From contig JBGUGD010000025.1 in assembly GCA_041697335.1 (NCBI GenBank), positions 1-64,000 on the forward strand: DNA of 64,000 bases, given 5' to 3'. This DNA comes from Vampirovibrionaceae bacterium NZW_1234 (GTDB lineage: Bacteria > Cyanobacteriota > Vampirovibrionia > Vampirovibrionales > JAGQHJ01). Below, piece by piece: positions 41,163 through 51,478 of the stretch. The first letter of the stretch is position 1. The number at the start of each line of letters is the position of its first letter. Both the position numbers and the translations under genes were made by a program. The notes under the pieces are model-generated. The model saw nothing but the letters and a program-made list of their open reading frames with translations. It searched no databases and was not told where the DNA came from.

Positions 41163-41299
41163 ACCACCCCATCGGGGCCAATCTGAATTAGTTAACAAAT
41201 AAATGAATATTTAAACCCAGGCTGATCCCGGCCTCCGGGAGAAGTGTCGCTCGGAAAACAAGCGAAGGAGGATAAACCAGTCATGATAAAGATGAGAAA

Positions 41300-42319
41300 T
41301 TGGAAAGCATAAGGAAGACCTTGATGTGGCCTAGGCTTGTGAGGGATCATGAAGGTATTGTGAACCCAGGAACGCGAATCAATCCCCACCATTTTCGAGC
41401 ACGAGGCTCAGCCTTCCTTGTGCTGATGCTGGCCTTCGTTTTGGTCCTCTCCATTTGGCGGTGGTTTTTGCCCCATATGGGCTACCCGCTCTCGGTGACG
41501 CCGGAGCCTCAGCTCTCAAACCCTCAGGTCACCTGTAATGCCTTCGCCGCCATTGGTGATAACGGCTCCGGCTACCCGGCCCAGTATCGCCTGGCGGATG
41601 AAATGGCCCGGGAATACCAACGACAACCTTATTGTCTGGTGATGATGTTGGGGGACAGCATCTACCCCGATGGCAACGTCAAGAAATACGGGGAGCAGCG
41701 ATTTACCAAACCGTATCGTTATTTATTGGATCGCCATGTGGCCTTCTGGCCGGTCTTGGGCAACCACGACGTTCTGGGAGGCTATGCCGATGATGTGATG
41801 GCGTTTTTCAAGATGCCGGGCACCTATTACCAGGCCCGTGTCGGCTTGGCCCATATCATCGCCCTGGACACCAACCGTTTCGATGCCACCCAACGGCAGT
41901 GGCTGGAAAAGACCCTGAAAGGGTCGACATCCCCATGGAAAATAGTATACGGCCATCATCCCGTGGTGGCCTCGGGCTTTCACCATGTCCCCCGGCATAT
42001 GGTCACCGAGATAAAGCCGTTGTTGGAGCAGTACAACGTGGATCTGTATCTGTGCGGGCACAATCATCATTACGAGCGAAGTCGCTCCGTAAACGGGGTA
42101 ACTTATGTGGTATCCGGCGGCGGCGGGGCTCGAACCCATTTCTTTCGGCGAACCCACCCCGATTCATTGGTTCGTATCCGAAGCCATGAGTTTCTTCGCA
42201 TCGATGTCGACCCACAAACATTGACCTTAAAGGCCATTAATCCGCAAGGCGAGGTTATCGACCGTCTGACGCTGGAAAAACCCCAAACCTCCGATTTCAA
42301 TCCCCTGACCAGCCAATAG
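41300..42319 (+). CDS. Metallophosphoesterase (purple acid phosphatase-like), membrane-anchored
   Basis: IGDNG, LGDSIY, LGNHD, GHH, GHNH; start may be downstream. Confidence 0.9.
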   Translation: MESIRKTLMWPRLVRDHEGIVNPGTRINPHHFRARGSAFLVLMLAFVLVLSIWRWFLPHMGYPLSVTPEPQLSNPQVTCNAFAAIGDNGSGYPAQYRLADEMAREYQRQPYCLVMMLGDSIYPDGNVKKYGEQRFTKPYRYLLDRHVAFWPVLGNHDVLGGYADDVMAFFKMPGTYYQARVGLAHIIALDTNRFDATQRQWLEKTLKGSTSPWKIVYGHHPVVASGFHHVPRHMVTEIKPLLEQYNVDLYLCGHNHHYERSRSVNGVTYVVSGGGGARTHFFRRTHPDSLVRIRSHEFLRIDVDPQTLTLKAINPQGEVIDRLTLEKPQTSDFNPLTSQ

Positions 42320-42634
42320 TGCTTTGCCATTGGCCTGAGCATAATTTGGGTGACCAAAACAATAAACGAGGGGCCTGCTTACCCGGGGAATACCCGGCCG
42401 ATGTCGACTCAGACGTGAATGGGTGCGGCATTTTATGACCAAATGACAAGTCCGTGGCCGATGCTCACAGGTATCCTCGGGGGTATCCGCCCTGAATCCC
42501 CGTTAGCGGCCTGGGGGGCGCATCTGTATCTGATTCTTTTACTCTTTGAACGGATTTTTGCTTGTGGTATAGTTACGACGTCTAAGAATTGAAGTTCAGT
42601 AAACGTACGATTAAACTGAGGAGGAGGTTCGTTA

Positions 42635-43576
42635 GTGGTAGTAACAGCAGAAAGAACGACTATGAAAGGCACTATGACACCTGTTCGTCGCGTAACCCTT
42701 AATGAAATGGACCACTTGTCCATTGGTAAAAAAGCTCGGTTGCACCGGCTCTTGTACCAACATGGCCCGGGTAACGGCACCATGTTGTTGTTGCCCATCG
42801 ACCAAGGCTTAGAGCACGGTCCGATTGACTTCTTTGATAATCCGGAATCGGCCGATCCCGATTTTCAATGCCGTTTGGCTCTGGAAGCCGGTTACTCCGG
42901 TATCGTGTTCCACTTCGGCCTCGCTGAAAAGTATATGAAACCCTACGCCGGCAAGGTTCCCCTGGTGGTGAAGCTCAATGGCAAAACCGCCATTCCTTCC
43001 GACACCGATGCATTTTCGACCCTGACCGGGACCGTTGAGGATGCCGTTCGCCTGGGCGCCGATGCCATTGGCTACACCCTCTACGTCGGTTCTCCGTCCC
43101 AGGATCGGGATATCGAACAGTTCACCGCCGTTCGCAACGAAGCCGATCGCTTTGGCATCCCCACCATCGTCTGGGCCTACCCCCGTGGTGAGTTCGTCGA
43201 GAAAAAAGGCGGCAAGGACAGCTTGTATGCCATCGACTACGCTGCCCGTGTGGCGTGCGAAGTGGGCGCCGATGTCGTGAAAATCAACATTCCTGTTGAA
43301 AATAACCCCAAGAAAAACGACGAACCCGGCGAATACAAATCCTTGAACCTGTCTCTGGAAGAAGGGATGCAAAAAGTGGTCCGCTCTGCAGGCAAGACCA
43401 TGGTGCTCTTCTCCGGCGGCAGCAAAGTCAACGACCAGGATTTGATGGATAAAGCTCGCTTGTCGATGGAAGCTGGCGCAACCGGCCTGATCTTCGGCCG
43501 CAACATGTGGCAGCGCCCCATGGAGCAAGCTCTGGAGGTTAGTCTCCAGGTTAAAAAGATGATGCAAACGTTTTAA
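42635..43576 (+). CDS. fbaB: Class I fructose-bisphosphate aldolase (DhnA type)
   Basis: LPIDQGLEHGP, WAYPRG, GADVVK, FSGG, IFGRN. Confidence 0.93.
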   Translation: MVVTAERTTMKGTMTPVRRVTLNEMDHLSIGKKARLHRLLYQHGPGNGTMLLLPIDQGLEHGPIDFFDNPESADPDFQCRLALEAGYSGIVFHFGLAEKYMKPYAGKVPLVVKLNGKTAIPSDTDAFSTLTGTVEDAVRLGADAIGYTLYVGSPSQDRDIEQFTAVRNEADRFGIPTIVWAYPRGEFVEKKGGKDSLYAIDYAARVACEVGADVVKINIPVENNPKKNDEPGEYKSLNLSLEEGMQKVVRSAGKTMVLFSGGSKVNDQDLMDKARLSMEAGATGLIFGRNMWQRPMEQALEVSLQVKKMMQTF

Positions 43577-43608
43577 TCCGGTACCCTGCCTTGGAGGAAC
43601 AAACAACG

Positions 43609-44634
43609 ATGTCGAAACCCAGAGTTGCCATCAACGGCTTCGGCCGGATTGGTAGAAACACACTGCGTGCCTTGTATGACAACCCCCACGTCGACGTGGA
43701 TGTGGTTGCCATCAATGACTTGGTTGAACCCAAGCAACTGGCATTCCTGTTCAAGCACGATTCCGTTCACGGGCATTTCAAAGGCGATGTGTCCTACACC
43801 GAGTCGTCCTTGATCGTCAATGGCCACGAAATCCGGGTCACTCGGGAGAAAGATCCCGCCAGCCTGCCCTGGAAAGAACTCAAAGTGGATGTTGTCATCG
43901 AGTCCACCGGCTTCTTCACCGATGCCGAGAAAGCTCGCAAGCACATCGAAGCCGGCGCCAAGAAAGTCATCATCAGTGCGCCTGCCAAGAACGAAGACAT
44001 CACCATGGCCATGGGCATCAACGAAAATCTCTACGATCCCGAAAAACACCACATCATCTCCAACGCCAGCTGCACGACCAACTGCTTGGCGCCGATGGCG
44101 AAAGTCATCCACGAGAAATTCGGGATCAAAGAAGGCTTCATGACCACGGTCCACAGCTACACCATGGACCAAAAGCTGTTGGATTCGCCTCACGAAGACT
44201 TCCGCCGCTCTCGCGCCGGGGCCATGAACATGGTTCCCACCTCGACCGGTGCCGCCAAGGCCATTGGCCTGGTGTTGCCTGAGTTGAAAGGCAAGCTCCA
44301 CGGCTTTGCCATCCGGGTTCCTACCCCCGATGTCAGCATCGTGGACCTGACCGTCACCACCGACAAGCCGGTGACCCAGGATGCCGTGAACCAGGCTCTG
44401 AAAGAAGCGGCCGGTTCGTCGCTGAACAAAATCATGCGTTACTCCGAAGAGCCGCTGGTCAGCAGCGACTACATCGGCGATCCCCACAGCTGCTCGATTG
44501 ACGCCGAGTTGACCATGGTGTTGGGCACCAACACCTTGAAAGTGGTTGGCTGGTACGACAACGAGTGGGGCTACAGCAACCGCCTGGCCGAAATGACCCA
44601 GATGGTTGCCAGCCGCTTGCCGGTTACCGCATAG
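43609..44634 (+). CDS. gap: Glyceraldehyde-3-phosphate dehydrogenase
   Basis: INGFGRIGR, SNASCTTNCLAP, WYDNEWGYS. Confidence 0.98.
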   Translation: MSKPRVAINGFGRIGRNTLRALYDNPHVDVDVVAINDLVEPKQLAFLFKHDSVHGHFKGDVSYTESSLIVNGHEIRVTREKDPASLPWKELKVDVVIESTGFFTDAEKARKHIEAGAKKVIISAPAKNEDITMAMGINENLYDPEKHHIISNASCTTNCLAPMAKVIHEKFGIKEGFMTTVHSYTMDQKLLDSPHEDFRRSRAGAMNMVPTSTGAAKAIGLVLPELKGKLHGFAIRVPTPDVSIVDLTVTTDKPVTQDAVNQALKEAAGSSLNKIMRYSEEPLVSSDYIGDPHSCSIDAELTMVLGTNTLKVVGWYDNEWGYSNRLAEMTQMVASRLPVTA

Positions 44635-44656
44635 TCGGGTAGCGTCTACGGATCTG

Positions 44657-44684
44657 AAAAGGGGGCTGTATTGGCCCCCTTTTC
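44657..44684 (+). terminator. Terminator after gap
   Basis: AAAAGGGGGC-TGTATTG-GCCCCCTTTT. Confidence 0.65.
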
Positions 44685-44755
44685 TCAGACCAATTCAGGC
44701 TTTAAGCCCCCGAGAGAGACAGAATTTTCAACAATCAAGAAGGAGGATGTTCCCC

Positions 44756-45532
44756 ATGCACCCGAGTCGTAAGCCTGTGATGGCTGCCAATTGGAAGATG
44801 TTTAAAACCACGGCCGAGGCGGCCCAATTTATCGAGACCCTCCATGGGCTTCTCGATGGCGTTTCCAAAGACGATATGCCTACGGCTGTGATTTGCCCGC
44901 CCTACACGGCCTTATCCACCGTGTCCCAGTCGCTGGGTCAACTGAATTTGAGCAACACCGTCTTTTTGGGCGCTCAGAACATGGAATCCAAGGCCGATGG
45001 CGCCTTTACCGGTGAGATTTCCCCCCGCATGCTGCGAGACTTGAATGTGTCTTACGTCGTTCTGGGTCACAGCGAGCGTCGGGAATACTATAACGAAACC
45101 GACGCCGGGGTGAATGCCAAGGCCAAGGCGGCGTTGGAGAACAATCTGATTCCCATTGTCTGTGTGGGTGAATCCCTGGCCCAGCGTGAGGCCGGTCAAA
45201 CCGACGCATGGGTCACCCGCCAGGTGGAAGCGGCCTTGGACGGGATCACCCCCGAGCAGCGCAAGAAATTGATTCTGGCCTATGAGCCCATTTGGGCCAT
45301 TGGGACCGGGAAAGTCTGTGATGCAGCGGAAGCCAACCGGGTCATTGGCCTCATTCGCCAGACTGTTGGGGTGGCCGAAACCCGTATTTTATACGGCGGC
45401 AGCATGAAGCCCGATAACGTGGAAGGCCTGATGGCCCAGCCCGAGATTGACGGCGGCTTGGTGGGTGGCGCCAGCCTGGAGCCCGCCAGCTATGTGCAAC
45501 TGATTAAGGCGGCCATGCCCCTGAACGTGTAA
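44756..45532 (+). CDS. tpiA: Triosephosphate isomerase
   Basis: ANWKM, GHSERR, AYEPIWAIGTG, YGGS, LVGGASL; start approximate. Confidence 0.98.
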   Translation: MHPSRKPVMAANWKMFKTTAEAAQFIETLHGLLDGVSKDDMPTAVICPPYTALSTVSQSLGQLNLSNTVFLGAQNMESKADGAFTGEISPRMLRDLNVSYVVLGHSERREYYNETDAGVNAKAKAALENNLIPIVCVGESLAQREAGQTDAWVTRQVEAALDGITPEQRKKLILAYEPIWAIGTGKVCDAAEANRVIGLIRQTVGVAETRILYGGSMKPDNVEGLMAQPEIDGGLVGGASLEPASYVQLIKAAMPLNV

Positions 45533-45622
45533 ATCTTCTTCCGGGCAGGCAGAGCAAGAAACGCTTGCCTGCCTGGGCAAGTCATAGTTGAAGCAATAAT
45601 TCAGAACGAGAGAGAAATCACG

Positions 45623-46093
45623 ATGATGACGACGGATTTTCCGGCCACCATTGAAGTGGCCATTCAGCGTTTGCCCCATGCCCCTGAAGACGTGCCGACC
45701 TACCAAACCGAAGGTGCGGTGGGGATGGATTTACAGGCGGCCATCGACACGCCCCTGACGTTGAATCCCCTGGAACGGGCCCTGGTTCCCACCGGCTGGG
45801 TCATTGCCCTGCCCGAAGGGTATGAGGCCCAGGTTCGGGCCCGAAGTGGTCTGTCGATTAAACATGGCATTTCGTTGATCAATGCCGTGGGGACCATTGA
45901 TTGGGACTATCGCCATGAGGTCAAAGTGGGTCTGGTGAATTTGTCGAACGATCCCTATACCATTCAGCCCGGCGATCGGATTGCCCAGCTCGTGGTGGCC
46001 CCGGTGACCCGGGCCCGGTGGCGGGAAGTGCCGGAAGTTTCCCTGGCGGTCGCTTCATCTCGGGCCGGAGGCTTTGGATCGACGGGCCGATGA
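45623..46093 (+). CDS. dut: dUTP diphosphatase
   Basis: GMDL, RSGL, GTIDWDYR, RIAQ, RAGGFGSTG. Confidence 0.96.
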   Translation: MMTTDFPATIEVAIQRLPHAPEDVPTYQTEGAVGMDLQAAIDTPLTLNPLERALVPTGWVIALPEGYEAQVRARSGLSIKHGISLINAVGTIDWDYRHEVKVGLVNLSNDPYTIQPGDRIAQLVVAPVTRARWREVPEVSLAVASSRAGGFGSTGR

Positions 46094-46530
46094 AGTCCTT
46101 GTTGCAGCGGGTCAAAGAGGCCTCGGTTACGGTTGATGGCCAAATCGTGGGCCGGATCGGGCCGGGCATTCTGGTGCTGCTGGGCCTTGAAAAAGAAGAT
46201 ACGGAGGCCGACATTGAGTTTCACATTAAAAAACTCTTGAGCCTTCGGATCTTCCCAGATGAGGCCGACAAGATGAATCTGTCGGTGACGGACATTCAGG
46301 GTGAGCTGTTGATTGTGTCGCAGTTTACGCTGGCCGCATCCTGTAAAAAAGGCACGCGCCCAAGTTTTGATTCCGCCATGCCGCCGGACAAGGCGATTCG
46401 GTTTTATGAGCTTTATCTGGCCCGTTTGCGGGACGCCACGCCGCTCAAGGTTGAAACCGGGCAGTTTGGCGCGATGATGATGGTGTCTCTCGTCAACGAC
46501 GGTCCCGTGACCTTTATGATTGAGCGCTAA
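46090..46530 (+). CDS. dtd: D-aminoacyl-tRNA deacylase
   Basis: LQRV, LRIF, SQFTL, NDGPVT; ATGA overlap with dut. Confidence 0.96.
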   Translation: MKSLLQRVKEASVTVDGQIVGRIGPGILVLLGLEKEDTEADIEFHIKKLLSLRIFPDEADKMNLSVTDIQGELLIVSQFTLAASCKKGTRPSFDSAMPPDKAIRFYELYLARLRDATPLKVETGQFGAMMMVSLVNDGPVTFMIER

Positions 46531-46552
46531 AAAACCGCAGGCATTGATGTAT

Positions 46553-46588
46553 GAACCCCGCACCCGATTCGGATCGGGCGCGGGGTTC
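46553..46588. terminator. Hairpin between convergent genes
   Basis: GAACCCCGCACCCGAT-TCGG-ATCGGGCGCGGGGTTC. Confidence 0.6.
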
Positions 46589-46626
46589 TGACTTATCCAT
46601 TCCAGTAAATGGATGAATGGTGCGGT

Positions 46627-47163
46627 TTATTTCTTGCCTTCCAGGAAGGTTTTGTAGCGGGCTTTCAGAGGGCTCTCTGAAATGGCGCTGTCAAAGAACT
46701 GTCCGGCATCGGCAGGGTTTTTGAAGAACTTGTCAATGGCGGTTTTCATCTCGTCGTGGGTGATATCGCCATCGCCGTATTCGCCCTTGGCCTGATCCAT
46801 GTACATGAACAGGGCCCCGAGTTCCACGGTATCAATGGTGTTATCACCATTGCGATCGAGAATATCAAACATCAGGTCCGATTTCAGTTTTTCATCGACA
46901 CCAAAGATGTTGGTTAATCCGGCAAATTCCGATTTGTTCAACCCGGTTTTCCCGTCTTTGTCGAAGCTTTCGCGGGCGGCATCGGCGAACTTCACCATGT
47001 CCATGGTCAGGACCTGGCCGTTGTCGTTGCGATTGGCCATCTGTAACACAGGTTTGTCCTTGTTCAGATCGTCCAGCTTGCCGGTGTATTTCTTAGCAAA
47101 CGCCTGCCAGGATTCCGCCGGTTTAATATTGCTGCGTGCGCTGAGTGATGTTGTATCAGGCAT
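46627..47163 (-). CDS. EF-hand calcium-binding protein
   Basis: DKDGKTGLNKSE, DRNGDNTIDTVE, DGDITHDE. Confidence 0.82.
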   Translation of the reverse strand: MPDTTSLSARSNIKPAESWQAFAKKYTGKLDDLNKDKPVLQMANRNDNGQVLTMDMVKFADAARESFDKDGKTGLNKSEFAGLTNIFGVDEKLKSDLMFDILDRNGDNTIDTVELGALFMYMDQAKGEYGDGDITHDEMKTAIDKFFKNPADAGQFFDSAISESPLKARYKTFLEGKK

Positions 47164-47436
47164 AAAATTTACCCCCAAAAATTATTCTGTCCACGAAAAT
47201 AACCACCTTCATTGGTGTCCGATTGTCTATTTGTCCATCTGTCCAATAAATAAGTAGTAACTGTATAAAAACAAGAGTATTTTTCTTTTGAATGAATCGT
47301 AAAGTTTTAAGTCGAAGTTAAAAATAAAACGCTCTCAAACGCAGGAAAATTTTCTTTTAATAATATGGAATAGCGATTGATTTACGCTCACGTTCATAAA
47401 TAGTGGAGAATAAAGCCTTGCTTTTGGCCAAAACTG

Positions 47437-47892
47437 CTATTTCAGGCCTTCATATAAGGATGGATAGTTCTGGCGAAGCCAGACCAATACGTCCAGCCGA
47501 AATTGTTTCACCTCTTGAAGCAGTTCCTCGACGTCACTTTCTTCGGTGACATTCACACGGTCGTAATCCGTCTGGTTACGGGTTTGGCGGCATAGATTCA
47601 GGTATTTCATGCGGGGCTTGGCCGCTGGACCCATCGTATATTGAAGCGAGGTAAGTGTATGGTAATGATGGCCAGTTTTTGCTGTGATGCGATAGCCTGA
47701 AGCTAACGCGGCAATGGTGGCCAACTGCAAGGCTGCGTTATAGGCCGTCGCAAAACGACGATCCGGTGAAACGGCTTTTACCATCGCATCGGCAATGTCT
47801 CGATCAATCACCCTCAACAGACTTTGGATCTCTGCGGCAGTGGTCTGATGTCGCGTTGCTTTATCCGCATTCAGCCAGTCTTCTAAACTCAT
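47437..47892 (-). CDS. HEPN-domain protein (putative toxin)
   Basis: AYNAALQ, HH, RNQTDY; overlaps upstream MNT gene. Confidence 0.75.
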   Translation of the reverse strand: MSLEDWLNADKATRHQTTAAEIQSLLRVIDRDIADAMVKAVSPDRRFATAYNAALQLATIAALASGYRITAKTGHHYHTLTSLQYTMGPAAKPRMKYLNLCRQTRNQTDYDRVNVTEESDVEELLQEVKQFRLDVLVWLRQNYPSLYEGLK

Positions 47893-48460
47893 CGTCGTTT
47901 CCTATCAGCCAGATTTTGGGGCTTGCAAGCAGTTCTTGGGCAAAACGATTGTTTGTCTTGATTCGCTCAACAAAGCTGGCCTGGGTATAATTCACCGGAT
48001 TGACTTCTCGTCCCAGCTTTTCGTCTATATCTCCCATCGCATTAGCGATGTCCTTTAAACTGATGTCGCCGAGCAGGAAGAGATCGATGTCACTGTCTGC
48101 CCGGTCTTCCCCACTGGCAATGGAACCAAAAACAAAGGCAAAGTGGATTTTATCCATTAAAGGTTTCAACCCCTCTTTTAACACGTCTCCCAAGGCCACC
48201 GTTTTGAGAAATGCCCGCTTTAAATCATCAAATGCCGGATGGCTCCGTTGTGCTTTATAGTAGAGCCGGTTTCCGCTTTTTTTCTTGGTAACGAGTCCCG
48301 ATTCCTCAATGCGTTCCAGGGCATATTGCACTTGTGCCAAGGAGTAGCCGGTTTTTTCGGCTAATGAACGCTGATAATATTCTTGATCCGGCTGCGTTAG
48401 GAAGAGGATCAGAATATCCACCACCACCGGGCTTGGAAAAAGGGCGGCAAAAGAGGACAT
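47861..48460 (-). CDS. HTH-fused minimal nucleotidyltransferase (MNT antitoxin)
   Basis: N-terminal wHTH; FVFGSIASGEDRADSDIDL (GSx10DxD). Confidence 0.88.
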   Translation of the reverse strand: MSSFAALFPSPVVVDILILFLTQPDQEYYQRSLAEKTGYSLAQVQYALERIEESGLVTKKKSGNRLYYKAQRSHPAFDDLKRAFLKTVALGDVLKEGLKPLMDKIHFAFVFGSIASGEDRADSDIDLFLLGDISLKDIANAMGDIDEKLGREVNPVNYTQASFVERIKTNNRFAQELLASPKIWLIGNDDEFRRLAECG

Positions 48461-48462
48461 AA

Positions 48463-48510
48463 ATAATGACCTTGAATTACTGTCAATCGACCTTACTTTA
48501 AGGTCATTAT
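48463..48510. promoter_or_regulatory. Nested inverted repeats, likely TA autoregulatory operator
   Basis: ATAATGACCTT...AAGGTCATTAT and GACCTTA-CTT-TAAGGTC. Confidence 0.55.
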
Positions 48511-48700
48511 CGGGGGTTATGGAAAATAAGGCAAGATTGAAGTGAATGGGTTTTCAAAATTCCTGTGTCATCGTCTTTGGAAAAGCCCAGAATATCGCCC
48601 ATCGCTTCAGTAAATTTATAACGTTTACGGATGGAAAGGTACACTTGACTTCTGGATTCAGACCCAACGTTTTTTGAGTAGGCATATTCTGTGCATACGA

Positions 48701-48738
48701 GAAAGGCTCTTGAGGTATGACCGTCAAGAGCCTTTTTT
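48701..48738. terminator. Terminator hairpin downstream of 48758-49330
   Basis: AAAGGCTCTTGA...TCAAGAGCCTTT. Confidence 0.65.
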
Positions 48739-48757
48739 ATGTGGAATAGCGGGTAAA

Positions 48758-49330
48758 TTATCGTTCGGATTGCGGACGTTCGCGGTTGAGTTCCCGCAAG
48801 CGTTCACGAATGGGACTTTGTTGTAATGCGGCGTCTAAAAATTCTCCAGCCGATTGGGGATTGGTTAAAATCCGCAATGCGGCCAAGACTTTTTTCTTCA
48901 TGGTTAACGTGCCGTTATTAGGGCAATCCTCCGGTGTGAGGCCTTGCCCAACGGGTTGCTGTTGATCCTGCAGCATGTGAAAGGCGGCAATTTCATCGGC
49001 TTCCAGCTGGTTATTATTGTTTCTGTCCAGGACCCGAAACATCTGTGCTGCTTGATCGCCGGTGAAGCCGTTGATCATGGCAAACCATCGCAGGTTGCGA
49101 TCGTTGGGCGCTAAAAAGGTGTTATTGCCGGTGCGGAACGTGTTGATTTCCGCTTGGGCAAAGCGGGCAATGTCCATAGTGACCACCCGGCCGTCGGCCG
49201 TGAGGTTTGCAAACTGAAGCGGATCGTTCACCGATCGTCCACGGGTGTCGTTGTAATTCTGATACCACCGTTGCCAGTTCTGTGCCGGATTAATCGGCGC
49301 CTGAGGCGCGTTCGCTCGAACAGGATCCAT
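48758..49330 (-). CDS. EF-hand protein, paralog of 46627-47163
   Basis: DRNNNNQLEADE; shared G.V.TMD..FA.A and NP..AG.F.D.A...SP. Confidence 0.82.
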   Translation of the reverse strand: MDPVRANAPQAPINPAQNWQRWYQNYNDTRGRSVNDPLQFANLTADGRVVTMDIARFAQAEINTFRTGNNTFLAPNDRNLRWFAMINGFTGDQAAQMFRVLDRNNNNQLEADEIAAFHMLQDQQQPVGQGLTPEDCPNNGTLTMKKKVLAALRILTNPQSAGEFLDAALQQSPIRERLRELNRERPQSER

Positions 49331-49515
49331 AATGCCCCTCCATCAAATGTCCAACCAATGTTCGCTTTACCGAAATGAAATACAGTATTTATATAAAAAC
49401 ACCATGATTCATTTTGATGCGCGTTTTTTTATCCGTTGAAATGATCAGGGCGGAAACCTCTATTGGGGGTGGAAATGTGGGATGACAAACCGATTTCAGG
49501 GTGAGATGACGCTCG

Positions 49516-50193
49516 TTAGGCACGCAATTTTTTTAACGTTCGGGCGAGTGCTTGCTGAAATGGAGAACTGTCGGCTTGGCTGGGGTCAAAGTTGGACGGC
49601 GGCACGTCATTATCGTCGGAGTAGGTAATCAACAGATTGTCGCTTTTGGCTTTGCCTGTGATTTTGTTACGACGCTCCGCCCAGAAGGTGTCGTCAAACT
49701 CGTCATAATCATGGTAGACCGAGGTCCCTTTGTTCGGATCCGTCACCAGGATCTCTTGATTGCCGTTTTCATCCACGCGGTAGCCATTAATCACAATCCA
49801 GTGACCTGCTCCTGACGGCATTGTACCCAGGGCCGCCATCACGTTGCCGTTATCAATTTCCTGCTGAATAGTCGAAAAATCGGATTCGTTCAACGCCGAG
49901 GTGTACAGGCCATAATCTTGGCCCGCTTGGGTCATATTCTTGGTGGGTGTGCCCAGGTTGGGACTTGGCCGATAGGTGGCGTCTAACTGCTGGGGGGTCA
50001 CATTCATGCCGAAAGCATTGAAGATCATCGTCATGCTCGTGGTCCCGCAAGCCATTTTTTCTTGTCTCAGAGGCGTGACGGGGATGGTGCCTTCTGCAAC
50101 ACTATTTCCCGAGGGGGTGTTGCCTTGGGAGGCTTTGGCGTTTTGAATGGCATTTTGAATCTGATTGAACAACACACGGCGAAGTTGGGTCAT
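49516..50193 (-). CDS. C39-like cysteine peptidase (stand-alone)
   Basis: QEKMACGTTS, GHWIVINGY, VTDP (Cys-His-Asp triad). Confidence 0.85.
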   Translation of the reverse strand: MTQLRRVLFNQIQNAIQNAKASQGNTPSGNSVAEGTIPVTPLRQEKMACGTTSMTMIFNAFGMNVTPQQLDATYRPSPNLGTPTKNMTQAGQDYGLYTSALNESDFSTIQQEIDNGNVMAALGTMPSGAGHWIVINGYRVDENGNQEILVTDPNKGTSVYHDYDEFDDTFWAERRNKITGKAKSDNLLITYSDDNDVPPSNFDPSQADSSPFQQALARTLKKLRA

Positions 50194-50520
50194 GAGACAC
50201 TCTCCTAACAACACAAAGGGTGAATGAACCTGGGTACGATTGAATTCGGATGGCGATCGTATTAATAAAATATTTATAATTATATAAAAACAACTTATGC
50301 GGATCTGTTGCTAGGTTTTGTGTAAATCAGATGAAACAATTTTTTGAAAATGTCGGCTTGCTGACAATGTGTCGTGATGAATTCGCTAAAATAAAAAATA
50401 CAACGTTAGATTAAATAAACAATCTGTGACTGGGCGGGGGATCCCGCAATTTCATGGTGATTACTAGGTGGTTGAGCAACGGCGGTAGCTTACCGCGAAT
50501 GATGAATGGAGGCTGGCGAT

Positions 50521-50964
50521 ATGGCACGTATAAAGAACAGTTTGCAAACACCGATTTATGGCATTATTAGCCGCAAGGACTTACCCAATGCGCCAAGTGG
50601 TACTTATGGGTATGAGATTATCAAAGTGAATCCGGGAGAGACGTCTCCCAAGGGCCTTGATGTGGATTGGGTAACCAACAAAGCACCCAAGAATGACAAT
50701 GGCACGTTGAGATACGATAAAAGTACAGAAGGCTTTAAAATCCGAGACACTTGGGGTGTTGATACAGGCCAAGAGTACGATTTGAAGAGTATACCCGGAG
50801 GCTTGTCTCTGTCCGGCCCCGCCGGCGGAGGGTCCGTAGGCGATACCGTCGGCAGTATGAATTTCGATAATGATATTGACGACGATAACGGGTTTGATGT
50901 CCGGACCTATCAATCCTGGTCCGAGAAGGCCTATGACGCATTCTGGGATTACTTCAATAAATAA
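50521..50964 (+). CDS. Hypothetical protein, tandem paralog A
   Basis: GGAGG RBS; highly similar to 51479-51904. Confidence 0.8.
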   Translation: MARIKNSLQTPIYGIISRKDLPNAPSGTYGYEIIKVNPGETSPKGLDVDWVTNKAPKNDNGTLRYDKSTEGFKIRDTWGVDTGQEYDLKSIPGGLSLSGPAGGGSVGDTVGSMNFDNDIDDDNGFDVRTYQSWSEKAYDAFWDYFNK

Positions 50965-51478
50965 TCCGGACGGGTTTTAGCGGCTGGTTGCTAAATGGTG
51001 CATCAATAACCCTTGTCACCACTGTTTCGGCAATACTGTCCATGCGTATGTCAGAACTTAAGAAAGACTGGGCGATGGTTATTACAGATAGGCCAACAGT
51101 GGTGATTCGGGTGATGCAGCTCGTTGGCTGGCGCCTGACTGGGGTGTGGAACTTTTCCGATGGCTGTTTTGAAGAGCGCGAGAACCCGGCTTCATACGCC
51201 AGTGAGCATTTTTCTGAATGAGGCCCGTCTCGGTTAATAAGGCGCTGTGCGGGAATACGTTTATAACGCTACCGGCAAATGAATCGTCGCTCTGAATAAA
51301 GCGGGCCGTTTTGTTCAGGGGATGACATTCGGGAATTTTAGAGCAAAAGTATATTATTAGAATATTCTTAAGGGTGTCAAAAAATGATGTTTATATAACG
51401 TTATTATGGTATAGGCTATTTTAAATGGTGAGGAAGTCCGTGGGCCATGGCCCACGAGAAACAGTGGAGGCTGGCGAT

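Noticed and set aside
42809..44487. Long minus-strand ORFs (265 and 304 aa)
   Set aside because: Antisense shadows of the highly codon-biased fbaB and gap.
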